This document shows positions 19,018 through 28,627 of a stretch of 61,374 nt of DNA, piece after piece. This stretch comes from a virus (lineage: Duplodnaviria; Caudoviricetes). Both the position numbers and the translations under genes were made by a program. The stretch spans positions 1-61,374 of the IMG/VR virus record IMGVR_UViG_3300009790_000009. The stretch is one strand, 5' to 3'. Each line of letters starts with the position of its first letter. Position 1 is the first letter of the stretch. Below the pieces are notes generated by a model, which had not been told where the DNA came from, made no database searches, and worked only from the letters and a program-made list of their open reading frames with translations.

Positions 19018-19777
19018 AGGCTTTGTAATATGTGTAACAGTGAAACCAGTCTTTGTTACGTTAGCATTAAATTTAATCGATTCTATTGATGAGTATTATC
19101 CTGATGCCAAAATAATGGTATCAACATTACCTCAATGGGCAGATGCATTTAAAGTATATGATCAAGTAGTAGAAGTTAGAACTGATGGTCCTAACAATAT
19201 AAGAAATAAGTTGTGGGCTTTACAGCATACACCATTTGATAAAACTTGTTATCTCGATGCTGATATGGAATTTAAATCAGAAAGAGCTAGTGAAGTGTGG
19301 GATCTATTAGATGATGATCATGATGTTGCATTCACTCAAATATGTCCACCAACAGGTATGACTACTGCAATTTATGAAGAAGAAGGTCGTAAAGAAATAA
19401 GAGATAATAATGTAGAAAGGCATTTAAGAAATCATGGAGGTTTCTTTCTATGGCATAAACATAAACCAAATGCTGTAAAAGCTATGAAGCGTTGGTGGGA
19501 ACTTTGGCAAGAGATTAATGAGAATGATAAATGGTGGGATGAGCGTCCTGAATACTTTAGAGCAAATCAATCATGGGATCAATTTTCATGGTGGTGGTTA
19601 ACTCAAAAAGAGATGCCAGAATTAAAAATACAAGAAATAGAAAATGATACTGCATATCAATATCAGTGGAATATGAATCCACAAGTATTTAAATTTATAG
19701 ATAAACCTGATGATTGGGAATTAATTATAGATCATCATCCAGCACATAAGGTGAAGAATGAGAGCGTACCAATATGA
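19010..19777 (+). CDS. Glycosyltransferase, GT-A fold (GT8-like)
   Basis: Contains NKLWALQHTPFDKTCYLDAD (DxD motif), NHGGFF and WDQFS; TTG start with a GGAG RBS. Confidence 0.75.
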   Translation: MDKGFVICVTVKPVFVTLALNLIDSIDEYYPDAKIMVSTLPQWADAFKVYDQVVEVRTDGPNNIRNKLWALQHTPFDKTCYLDADMEFKSERASEVWDLLDDDHDVAFTQICPPTGMTTAIYEEEGRKEIRDNNVERHLRNHGGFFLWHKHKPNAVKAMKRWWELWQEINENDKWWDERPEYFRANQSWDQFSWWWLTQKEMPELKIQEIENDTAYQYQWNMNPQVFKFIDKPDDWELIIDHHPAHKVKNESVPI

Positions 19778-20601
19778 TAATGAGAGATATCAATATAAGA
19801 AATAAAGAATTTATTGATTTGCTGAACAAACTAGAAGTAGTAATTAAGGACTGGGTTGAAAACAGATCCGATAAAATTATGGAGTTATTCCATATACATC
19901 AAAATCAACAATGTCCTGATGCAAGAAAAAGAGATGATAAGGTCCCAATGGATCATCCAGGCGGAGCAAGTGAATTATATGCTGCGCATGATTTATATCC
20001 ACCTTGTGGCAGAGAAATGTTGGACTTGATGATAGAAAAGACTAAACAACATGGACCGCATGCTGAACTTACTAATGGGTTTCCTAGTAGAGAAAATTTA
20101 GTTGCATATAGATCAATTGAATCACAACCATGGTATGATGAGACAAAAGAACCTTTAGAGTCAGCTATCAAGGATATATCTTATAAATATTTAGGTGGAG
20201 GGTCAATGGCATTAGCTGCGTTTTATCCTCCTGGTGGATATATAGGATGGCATCATAATGGTAATGCTCCAGGTTATAATATATTATTACATTATAATTT
20301 TGGGGGCACTGGGAATTTCTATACATTTGATAATAATGAAATAATTGCTTATCCAGATAAACCTAATGAATGGGTTTGTAGAGCAGGCGACTTCGTTATA
20401 GCACATAACGATTCACGTGCAGAAGAAGTCATACAAAGAGGACACCAAGTCCAGGGCGCTGTTCCAAGGGTAGCAAAAGATGTTGAAGGAATGTCATGGC
20501 ATTCAGCTGAGAATCCGGATACATGGAGATTTACATTATCAACTGTAATTAATGATTTCGACATAAGAGAAGATTTATTAGATGAAATAGAAACCCCCTA
20601 A
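19774..20601 (+). CDS. Putative 2OG-Fe(II) oxygenase or other double-stranded beta-helix enzyme
   Basis: Contains FYPPGGYIGWHHN, a distal SWHSA and WRFTLS in the spacing of DSBH oxygenases; HxN replaces the usual HxD. Confidence 0.6.
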   Translation: MIMRDINIRNKEFIDLLNKLEVVIKDWVENRSDKIMELFHIHQNQQCPDARKRDDKVPMDHPGGASELYAAHDLYPPCGREMLDLMIEKTKQHGPHAELTNGFPSRENLVAYRSIESQPWYDETKEPLESAIKDISYKYLGGGSMALAAFYPPGGYIGWHHNGNAPGYNILLHYNFGGTGNFYTFDNNEIIAYPDKPNEWVCRAGDFVIAHNDSRAEEVIQRGHQVQGAVPRVAKDVEGMSWHSAENPDTWRFTLSTVINDFDIREDLLDEIETP

Positions 20602-20644
20602 TATCTAGATTGCCTAAATATATACAATAAATTTAGAGGGTAAC

Positions 20645-20992
20645 ATGGCAACTAAGTCAAATTTTACTATTGATAAAGGGACCGACTGGTCTACAGTAGT
20701 AGCAGTAACATCAGCAAATGGAGCAATCTTTGATGTAACAGGTTATGCCTGTACATGTAAATTCAGAAAGCATTGGTCTTCAAATAACGTATATCAAATA
20801 GCTGCGGACGTAAGTTCGGGCACTGAAGGTGAAATTACATTATCATGTCAGACTACAAATAGTTCAGCTATAGCATACTCCCCTAATTACGTACCAGGTA
20901 GATTCTCATATGATCTTGATGTCGTCAGTGACGGAAAGACTACTAGAGTATTACAAGGTACTGTAACTATAACTCCGGAGATGATATACTAA
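20645..20992 (+). CDS. Small virion structural protein (Ig-like, baseplate-upper-protein-like)
   Basis: IDKGTDWS...YDLDV...TRVLQGTVTITPE pattern common in marine T4-like phages. Confidence 0.6.
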   Translation: MATKSNFTIDKGTDWSTVVAVTSANGAIFDVTGYACTCKFRKHWSSNNVYQIAADVSSGTEGEITLSCQTTNSSAIAYSPNYVPGRFSYDLDVVSDGKTTRVLQGTVTITPEMIY

Positions 20993-21213
20993 TGTCGAAC
21001 ACAGCAATATCAGCAACAATTAAATCTACATCAAATCCTATAGTAACTAAAATTATTGCAGGGAAACAAGCAGTAGATAGTTTAAACGGAACTAATATAA
21101 CATATCCTGTTACAAATGGCCACGTTTTAGCTTATAATTCTACGTCTAACACATTCTCACCTGTATCAGTATCTTCAGCACGTGGATCTATTGATGGTGG
21201 AGAAGTGACCTAA
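20992..21213 (+). CDS. Small structural protein
   Basis: NGHVLAYNSTSNTF motif and an IDGG C-terminus shared with neighbouring fibre genes; TAATG-coupled on both sides. Confidence 0.6.
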   Translation: MSNTAISATIKSTSNPIVTKIIAGKQAVDSLNGTNITYPVTNGHVLAYNSTSNTFSPVSVSSARGSIDGGEVT

Positions 21214-24200
21214 TGTCTGATTTAATCCAGATAAAACGTTCGCAATCGGTTAACGCATTTGCGAATATTGTCTTTGGTGAATTAGCATTTACTACGAATG
21301 GCGATGTATTAGTCGTTGGTGATAGTACCAATGGTGTATCTATTCCTATAGCAGGTAGAAGAACACCAGGAACATTATCAGCCAACCAAGCAATCGTAGT
21401 TAACTCAACATCATGGGTTGATAATTTAAAGTCTGTTGACTTATCTATTTCAAACACAGCAACAGTTAATAACTTAGTTGTATCAACATCATTTGATCCG
21501 GGCAATGATGCAATACAAGATACTAAATTTCAAGGATTCAAAAAGACTTTAACCGTATCGGGTGGTAAATTCGTTACAGATGGTACATCTCAACAAGTCT
21601 TAACTTTAACTCCCGGAGTCAAGTATTATTTTGATCAATCAGATAATACTAATGATACTCATGTATTAAAATTCTCAGAAACATCAGACGGAACACATGG
21701 TGGTGGATCAGCATATACTACAGGTGTTACATCTGTAGGAACACCAGGAACAGCTGGAGCATATACCACTGTAAAATTAGAAGCTGATGCCCCAACAAGA
21801 TTATTCTATTTCTGTTCTGCTCATAGTGGTATGGGTGGAACTGTTAGAGTTCATGAACCACAAGTAATAGCTTCTAATAGTACTGTAATGACTATTACAG
21901 GAACATTACATGCAAATGATTTATCAATATCAAATAATTTAACAGTTAATGGCGATTTAATATTAAGAGGATCTAGTATTCAATTAGGTGATGGTGGTGA
22001 TGTAATATCATTAGGTGCTACAGTTAATACTAGCATTATTCCATCAGATAATGTAACATACGATTTAGGATCTTCAGCAAAACAATATAGACAAGTATAT
22101 GCTAATCAAATGACAGTATCAACAAATCCTGCAAGTGATTATCAAGTGTCTACTAAAAAATATGTTGATGATGAAATTGCAGGTATATCTGTAGTTGGTA
22201 ATACTATGAATATAGGAACACCAACAGATGGTACATCTGCAAATGGTAAAGGCACTGGAGCAGAAGGTGCAATCACTATAGCAGCCACAGATAAAATTGC
22301 AGATGCAGTTGACAGTCTTAATGAAGTAATGTATAATGTATATACTAATAATTATGTTAGAGACGTAACTGTAACTTGCACATCTGGTAATACAGGCGGA
22401 GCTCCATTAACAGCAACATTAACTTTAGCCGTTACTGGTAATGCTACACACTATGATATTAATTGGGGAGATGGTGATTGGTCTAATAATACAACTGATT
22501 CAACTCCTTCACACACATATTCTAATAATGCATTATCACCTTTTGATGTAACAGTAACAGCTAAAAATACATCAGCATTAGGTTCAGGTAATTCCGCATC
22601 ACATTCAGTAACAGATTTAATAACATTATATACTGCAGATCCAAATGCTGCTTTTGATATAATGTCAGCTTCATCTGGTGGTACTTCAATAACAGAAGCT
22701 AATATAAATCAAATAATATATGTTGATAATAATACAACAAATGCAAATGATGTAGTATCTACTTTCTTTATTAATTGGGGAGATGGTAGTTCAAACTCTA
22801 TTTCTAATACCTCTGTATCTGGTGGTACACAAGGTGCAAGAGAACCTCATACTTATACATCAGGAACAGGAACTGGATCCAATACAATAACATTATCTAT
22901 TAATACACATGCTACAGCTAATCCATCAGTATTGCCTGATTCAGCAACAAAGACAATTAAAATATTTGATACAGGTATTGCAGCACCAGATGGACTGTCA
23001 GCTAAAACATTTACTGTAACTGGATCTACAGGATCTAGTCCAAGAGTAGCATCCGGATTTATTAATAATTCAACACTGTCAACATATAGTGTAGGCGATA
23101 CTCCAATTAGAAAAACTGGAGCTTCAGCAGTAGAATCTAGTGGTACATCATTAACACAATTAGCATACAATGGTGCAAGCGGAACAATTAAAGCATATGT
23201 TAATGGTGCAGAAGATGGATCAATAACATTAGATTCAAGTAATAACGTAGGTGGTAATCAGTCTGTTGAGGTAACCGCAGATGAAGATTATTATAATGCT
23301 AACTCTATAGGTGAATCAATCTCCGCAGCAGTAAGAACATATGCACCAGGTTTATATGCAGGATTTAAATCTAAAGTAACTAAGTCAGCAAACCCAACAG
23401 GCGCTACTACTTATATGTTAAGTCATAGTAGTTCAGGTAATACATCTGTTGATAAATTTATATTAGATAATTTAACAGGCACACCAGTAATGCATTTTGG
23501 TGGAACTTCAGTTACACAAAACTCAGCTGGTACATTAGCATATGTATCAGGTATACCTTATTACACAAATGATGCATCTATAAATGTTGTTGGTGCATTA
23601 GTAAGTAACGTTGCAGGTCAATGTTATAGAAATACAACTACACCATTTAGTATAACAAGTGGAACTAATGTTGAGGGCGATAGTGGATCAGCATTTGCAT
23701 CACAAAATAAAGATTATACAATACTTCCTTCTGGTACATTAAACAGCAGCAAACCCATAGCTAACACAGGCATAGGCGCGAATGTAACGATTGATACCTT
23801 CCAGGTGTTAGTAAACGGTGGGGGCAGACGTACAGAAGGATTTGCAATGAATATGAACAACGTAAATGGCACAGGATCCACAGTTCAATTTGCAAATGTA
23901 TTAATACAAACACAGAATGGAAATTCGTCAGGTGTTAATGAAACTGCTATTGCAGTATCAGATAGTTTAGGAGCAGTTTATGATACAGACGGAAAACGAT
24001 TATCAAACTTCTCATCTACCAACGCAACTCCAAACTTTGCGAACAACGTTGACTACTACGTTAATAACGCTTGGAGCGGTGGTGTTACTGTTGCTGGTAC
24101 AGATGAAGCAATCGTTAGATATGGAACATTAAAACACTATACAACAAATTTAAGTTCAGGTTATTTACCTGCAGGTCCAGATCTTAATACAGGAAGATCA

Positions 24201-24584
24201 GGAACACAATATTTTAGAATGGCCTTTAAGAGGTCAACAATGTCAAGCTTCGATGTTAGATTAACTGGTAATTGCTCATCATTCCATATAGCAGCACCAG
24301 GAACTGATATTGATGATACATCAGATAGTAATGGATGGTTAAACTGTTCAGCAACTTATGGTGGTTCAGGAACTCCTGGCGCTAATACAACAGCTGGAGG
24401 AAATGGATCCGATGGTTGTGCATTTACATCTGGTGATAGAATAACAACAAGTACAAACCATAGTAACGCATCTTTTACTATGACCTTAGGGGATCAAAGT
24501 GCATCTAGCTCAACTAATAATCAAATAATAATTAGTATTGGTCTTGCTTCAGGTCAAAGTATTACCAAGTTGGAAATAGAATAA
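21213..24584 (+). CDS. Tail fibre-like protein with PKD/Ig-like domains (1123 aa)
   Basis: N-terminal IQIKRS...GELA fibre motif, a LFYFCSAHSGMGG module and two INWGDG...HTY PKD-type motifs. Confidence 0.7.
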   Translation: MSDLIQIKRSQSVNAFANIVFGELAFTTNGDVLVVGDSTNGVSIPIAGRRTPGTLSANQAIVVNSTSWVDNLKSVDLSISNTATVNNLVVSTSFDPGNDAIQDTKFQGFKKTLTVSGGKFVTDGTSQQVLTLTPGVKYYFDQSDNTNDTHVLKFSETSDGTHGGGSAYTTGVTSVGTPGTAGAYTTVKLEADAPTRLFYFCSAHSGMGGTVRVHEPQVIASNSTVMTITGTLHANDLSISNNLTVNGDLILRGSSIQLGDGGDVISLGATVNTSIIPSDNVTYDLGSSAKQYRQVYANQMTVSTNPASDYQVSTKKYVDDEIAGISVVGNTMNIGTPTDGTSANGKGTGAEGAITIAATDKIADAVDSLNEVMYNVYTNNYVRDVTVTCTSGNTGGAPLTATLTLAVTGNATHYDINWGDGDWSNNTTDSTPSHTYSNNALSPFDVTVTAKNTSALGSGNSASHSVTDLITLYTADPNAAFDIMSASSGGTSITEANINQIIYVDNNTTNANDVVSTFFINWGDGSSNSISNTSVSGGTQGAREPHTYTSGTGTGSNTITLSINTHATANPSVLPDSATKTIKIFDTGIAAPDGLSAKTFTVTGSTGSSPRVASGFINNSTLSTYSVGDTPIRKTGASAVESSGTSLTQLAYNGASGTIKAYVNGAEDGSITLDSSNNVGGNQSVEVTADEDYYNANSIGESISAAVRTYAPGLYAGFKSKVTKSANPTGATTYMLSHSSSGNTSVDKFILDNLTGTPVMHFGGTSVTQNSAGTLAYVSGIPYYTNDASINVVGALVSNVAGQCYRNTTTPFSITSGTNVEGDSGSAFASQNKDYTILPSGTLNSSKPIANTGIGANVTIDTFQVLVNGGGRRTEGFAMNMNNVNGTGSTVQFANVLIQTQNGNSSGVNETAIAVSDSLGAVYDTDGKRLSNFSSTNATPNFANNVDYYVNNAWSGGVTVAGTDEAIVRYGTLKHYTTNLSSGYLPAGPDLNTGRSGTQYFRMAFKRSTMSSFDVRLTGNCSSFHIAAPGTDIDDTSDSNGWLNCSATYGGSGTPGANTTAGGNGSDGCAFTSGDRITTSTNHSNASFTMTLGDQSASSSTNNQIIISIGLASGQSITKLEIE

Positions 24585-25318
24585 TGGCTATAACAGATAC
24601 CAAAAAGATAGACTTACTTTGGAAAAAGGTCGCCTTCGGTAAAATGAAGACCGACACCAACGATAATAAAAAAGCACCCAATGAATCTATTGTTTCAGAG
24701 TTCATTGTTAAACCCTCTCAATTGTGGTCAGAAGCTGGAAGTGTACCCTCTACAATACCCGCTAGCAATTCAGGAGTCTTAATAATTTACACTGGACATG
24801 AAACAACGGAAGATGCTACCTCGACCGCAAGAAGAACGTGGAAAGCAGGTATATCTAATTGGGTGCCACCTACATTTGGATCTACATATCAATTAAAAGT
24901 ATATGTTGATTCAGCAGGATCCGGCAATCCAACATCTAATGGAACTCAATTATTTGAGACCGGATCTGGATCTAGTGATGAGTGGTTCTTTGATTATCAA
25001 TCAGGAACTTTACATTTCATTGGATCAAGTCTCCCTAGTGGAGTAACAAGCGGAAAAAGCATCTTTATTTCGGGTGCTAAATATAATGGTAATACTGGCT
25101 ATACTTCAGCTAATTTAGTAAGTGCCACTATTACAAGTTTAACGGCGCCATTAAGCACAGCTTATGGTGGTACTGGGTTAAGTTCATTTACAGCTAATGC
25201 TTTAATGGGAACTGCAAATACTAGTACAATTGATTTTAAAACCGGATCAAACGGACAGATTATGATTGTGACTGATAACGATGTTGACTTCGGTGATTTA
25301 GATGGTGGAACATATTAA
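24584..25318 (+). CDS. Virion structural protein
   Basis: Contains KIDLLWKK, WFFDYQSGTL and GGTGLSSFT; ends DLDGGTY. Confidence 0.6.
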   Translation: MAITDTKKIDLLWKKVAFGKMKTDTNDNKKAPNESIVSEFIVKPSQLWSEAGSVPSTIPASNSGVLIIYTGHETTEDATSTARRTWKAGISNWVPPTFGSTYQLKVYVDSAGSGNPTSNGTQLFETGSGSSDEWFFDYQSGTLHFIGSSLPSGVTSGKSIFISGAKYNGNTGYTSANLVSATITSLTAPLSTAYGGTGLSSFTANALMGTANTSTIDFKTGSNGQIMIVTDNDVDFGDLDGGTY

Positions 25319-25319
25319 T

Positions 25320-25592
25320 ATGATGAATTGGTTATTTAAAAAAACAACAAAAGATTTAAGCAATGATGATTTGGATACTATAGAATTAAAAGTGATTAGT
25401 AAATATATCCATAATCAGAAAGCAATAATAGAACAACTTTCGGAACGCAACATGCAATTAACTGCAGAAATAGAAGTATTACGCGAAGTCGTTGACGAGC
25501 TTAGTAGTATAAATAATATGAGTATAGATAAAGCAGTGAAAACTCGCAACGCAAAACGCCAAGCTTCTGCTTTTCGAAAAGTAAATAATTAA
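25320..25592 (+). CDS. Hypothetical coiled-coil protein (possible fibre chaperone)
   Basis: Heptad pattern IEQLSERNMQLTAEIEVLREVV; start moved to the ATG at 25320. Confidence 0.5.
   Translation: MMNWLFKKTTKDLSNDDLDTIELKVISKYIHNQKAIIEQLSERNMQLTAEIEVLREVVDELSSINNMSIDKAVKTRNAKRQASAFRKVNN
25508..25515 (+). promoter_or_regulatory. T4-type late promoter TATAAATA
   Basis: Exact gp55 consensus about 90 nt upstream of the 25607 fibre gene. Confidence 0.6.
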
Positions 25593-25606
25593 CTTAGGAG
25601 TTAAGA

Positions 25607-26713
25607 ATGGCTAGACAAGCACTTATTAAACTCAGGAGGGGTACGGGCGCTCCTGCGAATAATGTGCTGGCTGAAGGCGAATTAGCAATTGATATAGCGG
25701 CAAAGAAACTATACAGTGCTAACTCAAACGGTAATGCGTTTACACTTTCGGGCGACCAGTACAATATGTCACAGTCCGGTAATGCCACACATGGTATTAT
25801 CACCCTTACTGTTGACAACACGACTCTATCAAATGATAGTGTATTAATTACTGGTGGATCAGATATTACCGTTGCTGGTAATTCTACTGTAGTAAATGTA
25901 AATTCTACATCAACACTAGATACCGTACTAGGAAGAGGAGCATCTTCTTCTAAAACTCTAGGCGTTGGAAACACAACAATAACAGGTTTTGCTAATGTTA
26001 CTTCAACATTAGAAGTAGGTAGCACATCACAATTTGATGGAGCTATCACAGTAGGTAACTCAACAGTCAATGCAGTAATTGCAGCATCTGGTAATATAGA
26101 TACAGATGGATTATTAACTGTTGGTGGCAATACCGCATTAAGTGACTCTTTAACCGTAGCAGATACTTCCACATTTAGTGGCGCAGTAACTGTAGGTAAT
26201 TCAACTGTCAATGCTGTTATAGCAACATCAGGTAATATTAATACCGATGGTACATTAACAGTAGCTGGTAATACAGCATTCAACGGCGCTAATAATGAAA
26301 TCGCCGGTCAAGTAAATATCAATGATACAACAACTTCATCTTCTGTCTCTACTGGAGCATTAGTTGTAGATGGTGGTGTTGGTATTGCAGAAAACTTATT
26401 TATTGGTGGTAACTTATCAGTTGCAGGTACAACAACAACAGTATCTTCAACAACAGTTACAATTGATGATAACTTAATTAAACTTGCTGCTAATCAAACA
26501 GCAGATGATACAGACGCAGTTGACACGGGGTTATATTCTACCTATGATGTAGGTGGAACACAAAAATATTCAGGTTTCGTTAGAGATACTTCAAATTCAA
26601 ATAAAGCATTTATATTCTTTGAAGGTATCACAAGTGAACCTGCAGGAACAGTCTCGTACACTGCATCAGACCTTGCTTACATAGAAGCTATTGTGGATGG
26701 TGGAACGTACTAA
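25607..26713 (+). CDS. Tail fibre-like protein (368 aa)
   Basis: IKLRRG...LAEGELAI N-terminus and TGALVVDGGVGIAENL motif; ends VDGGTY; AGGAG RBS. Confidence 0.7.
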   Translation: MARQALIKLRRGTGAPANNVLAEGELAIDIAAKKLYSANSNGNAFTLSGDQYNMSQSGNATHGIITLTVDNTTLSNDSVLITGGSDITVAGNSTVVNVNSTSTLDTVLGRGASSSKTLGVGNTTITGFANVTSTLEVGSTSQFDGAITVGNSTVNAVIAASGNIDTDGLLTVGGNTALSDSLTVADTSTFSGAVTVGNSTVNAVIATSGNINTDGTLTVAGNTAFNGANNEIAGQVNINDTTTSSSVSTGALVVDGGVGIAENLFIGGNLSVAGTTTTVSSTTVTIDDNLIKLAANQTADDTDAVDTGLYSTYDVGGTQKYSGFVRDTSNSNKAFIFFEGITSEPAGTVSYTASDLAYIEAIVDGGTY

Positions 26714-26742
26714 TATATAAAATTGAATTGAGGAGTTAAATT

Positions 26743-27009
26743 ATGGATTCGTTTATAAAAGCAGATGATTTGTATGTTAAAAATTATATAGCACAAATCA
26801 ACACAGAACATCAAACTAAATGTTTAGAAGTTCTAAGTTTAAAGGCTCGTGTGGATGTTCTTAATACGCAAGTACAAGAATTAGCATTAAGACTACAGGA
26901 ATATGAACCTCCTACGACCGAAGAAGCTCTTGGTGAAGATGAAGTTGTAGATACAACCACAGACGTTCGAGACCCGGACGCACCAAAAGCAGATAAGAAA
27001 AAGAAGTAG
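26743..27009 (+). CDS. Hypothetical coiled-coil protein (possible fibre chaperone)
   Basis: GAGGAG RBS; heptads LKARVDVLNTQVQELALRL; similar size and position to 25320-25592. Confidence 0.55.
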   Translation: MDSFIKADDLYVKNYIAQINTEHQTKCLEVLSLKARVDVLNTQVQELALRLQEYEPPTTEEALGEDEVVDTTTDVRDPDAPKADKKKK

Positions 27010-27061
27010 GTGAGTAGAGGATAGTGATTCTTCACCTCTTATATAAGAGGAAATAAGCCAC

Positions 27062-28180
27062 ATGGCAGCAAAGTTTTTAGTTAAACGTTCTTCGGTATCG
27101 GGGAACAAACCTAATACATCACAAATATCAACAGGAGAGTTAGCACTTAACTTACCTGATGGTGTTATGTATGGGTCTAATGGCACCGTAGTATTTGAAA
27201 TCGGTGCTAATACTACAGTTATGTCTGTCGGCGCGAATAATATTCATGCTAATTCATCTACAGCAAAAGTCAACACAGCACTTACAGTTGGTAATATCAC
27301 AATACCAAGAACTGATGGTAGTGCTAATCAAGTTTTAACAACAGACGGAAGTGGATCCCTTTCATGGGTCAATCAGTCTGGAGGCGGTGGCGGTGGCGTC
27401 ACTATTAAAACATTTACCTATGATATCACATCTAATACAACTGTAGTCGGCGGAGCCGATAGAAATAGTAATACATTAAGTTATACTACAGGTGAAGAAG
27501 ATGTTTATTTAAATGGTGCAAAATTAATAGATGGTGGTTCAGACTATGCTGCAACCAACGCATCTCATATAACCTTACAATCTAATGCAGTTAATGGTGA
27601 CACTGTTGAAGTCATTAACATAGTTGGGATTAAAGGAAGAAAAGAATTTACCTATAGCATATCGTCTGGTTCTACAACAATAACAGGCGCAGATGATGAT
27701 AGTCAAATATTATCTTATGTAGAAGGTAAAGAACAATTATTTATTAATGGTGTTAAGTTCGTAAGAGGATCAGACTATACTACACCAAATACATCACACA
27801 TATCATTAGTAAGTGCAGTAACAAGTGGTGATATTGTAGAAGTAGTAGTATATCCTTCAGCAACAAATGACTTAGATGAAGCAACAGGTATCGCATCAAG
27901 TGATACAAGTACATTTACTTTAAATACATTTAACGCTAGCACCTATCGAACTGCTAAATACTATATACAAGCAAATACATCTTCGCACTATCATTCATGT
28001 GAATTGATGGTAACACATAACGATTCAGATGCTTATGTAACTCAATATGGTTCTGTTAAATCAGGATCCGATTTATTTACAGCAGCAACAGATGTTAATA
28101 GTGGTGATGTAAGATTAAGAATAACGCCCGCGGGAAACGGGACAACGTTTAAACAAAAAAGAATTTTAATTAAGGTGTAA
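27062..28180 (+). CDS. Tail fibre-like structural protein
   Basis: VKRSSVSG..P...GELALN N-terminus, DGSANQVLTTDGSGSLSW, duplicated YLNG.KL..G.DY modules and a YRTAKY C-terminal domain. Confidence 0.7.
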   Translation: MAAKFLVKRSSVSGNKPNTSQISTGELALNLPDGVMYGSNGTVVFEIGANTTVMSVGANNIHANSSTAKVNTALTVGNITIPRTDGSANQVLTTDGSGSLSWVNQSGGGGGGVTIKTFTYDITSNTTVVGGADRNSNTLSYTTGEEDVYLNGAKLIDGGSDYAATNASHITLQSNAVNGDTVEVINIVGIKGRKEFTYSISSGSTTITGADDDSQILSYVEGKEQLFINGVKFVRGSDYTTPNTSHISLVSAVTSGDIVEVVVYPSATNDLDEATGIASSDTSTFTLNTFNASTYRTAKYYIQANTSSHYHSCELMVTHNDSDAYVTQYGSVKSGSDLFTAATDVNSGDVRLRITPAGNGTTFKQKRILIKV

Positions 28181-28181
28181 C

Positions 28182-28592
28182 ATGGCATTGACAAAGGCAA
28201 ATGAACTAGCAGAAATAGTAAGACACTTTACATATGATAATAGTAATGCGAAATTTACTACTACTAAGCCAATTGATACAGGAAGAAGAACTGGTAAAAC
28301 ATTTACTGCAGCTTCTACTAATGCGGCTAACTTAGATACTTTCGCACACGCAACATACAGAGGCGCTCAGTATTTTATTATCGTAAAGGCAGGTTCAGAT
28401 TACCACGGAGTCGGCATAAATGTTATACATGATGGTACAAATGCATACTATAACCAGTATGGTGATGTGAAGTCAAGTGGAGACTTGGCTACATTTACGG
28501 CAGATATAAGTGGCGATAACGTCAGAATCCGTATTACTCCTACAAGCGCTAGTGCAACTGCGACGTTCCAGCGAGAACTCGTGGATGTATAA
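28182..28592 (+). CDS. Structural protein paralogous to the C-terminal domain of 27062-28180
   Basis: YRGAQY...HDGTNAYYNQYG.VKS..L.TF.AD.SG..VR.RITP aligns with the C-terminus of the upstream gene. Confidence 0.65.
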   Translation: MALTKANELAEIVRHFTYDNSNAKFTTTKPIDTGRRTGKTFTAASTNAANLDTFAHATYRGAQYFIIVKAGSDYHGVGINVIHDGTNAYYNQYGDVKSSGDLATFTADISGDNVRIRITPTSASATATFQRELVDV

Positions 28593-28595
28593 ATA
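28588..28595 (+). promoter_or_regulatory. T4-type late promoter TATAAATA
   Basis: Exact consensus just upstream of the 28628 gene. Confidence 0.7.
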
Positions 28596-28627
28596 TAGAC
28601 GATACAACTAGGGGAAAGTGATCCAAG

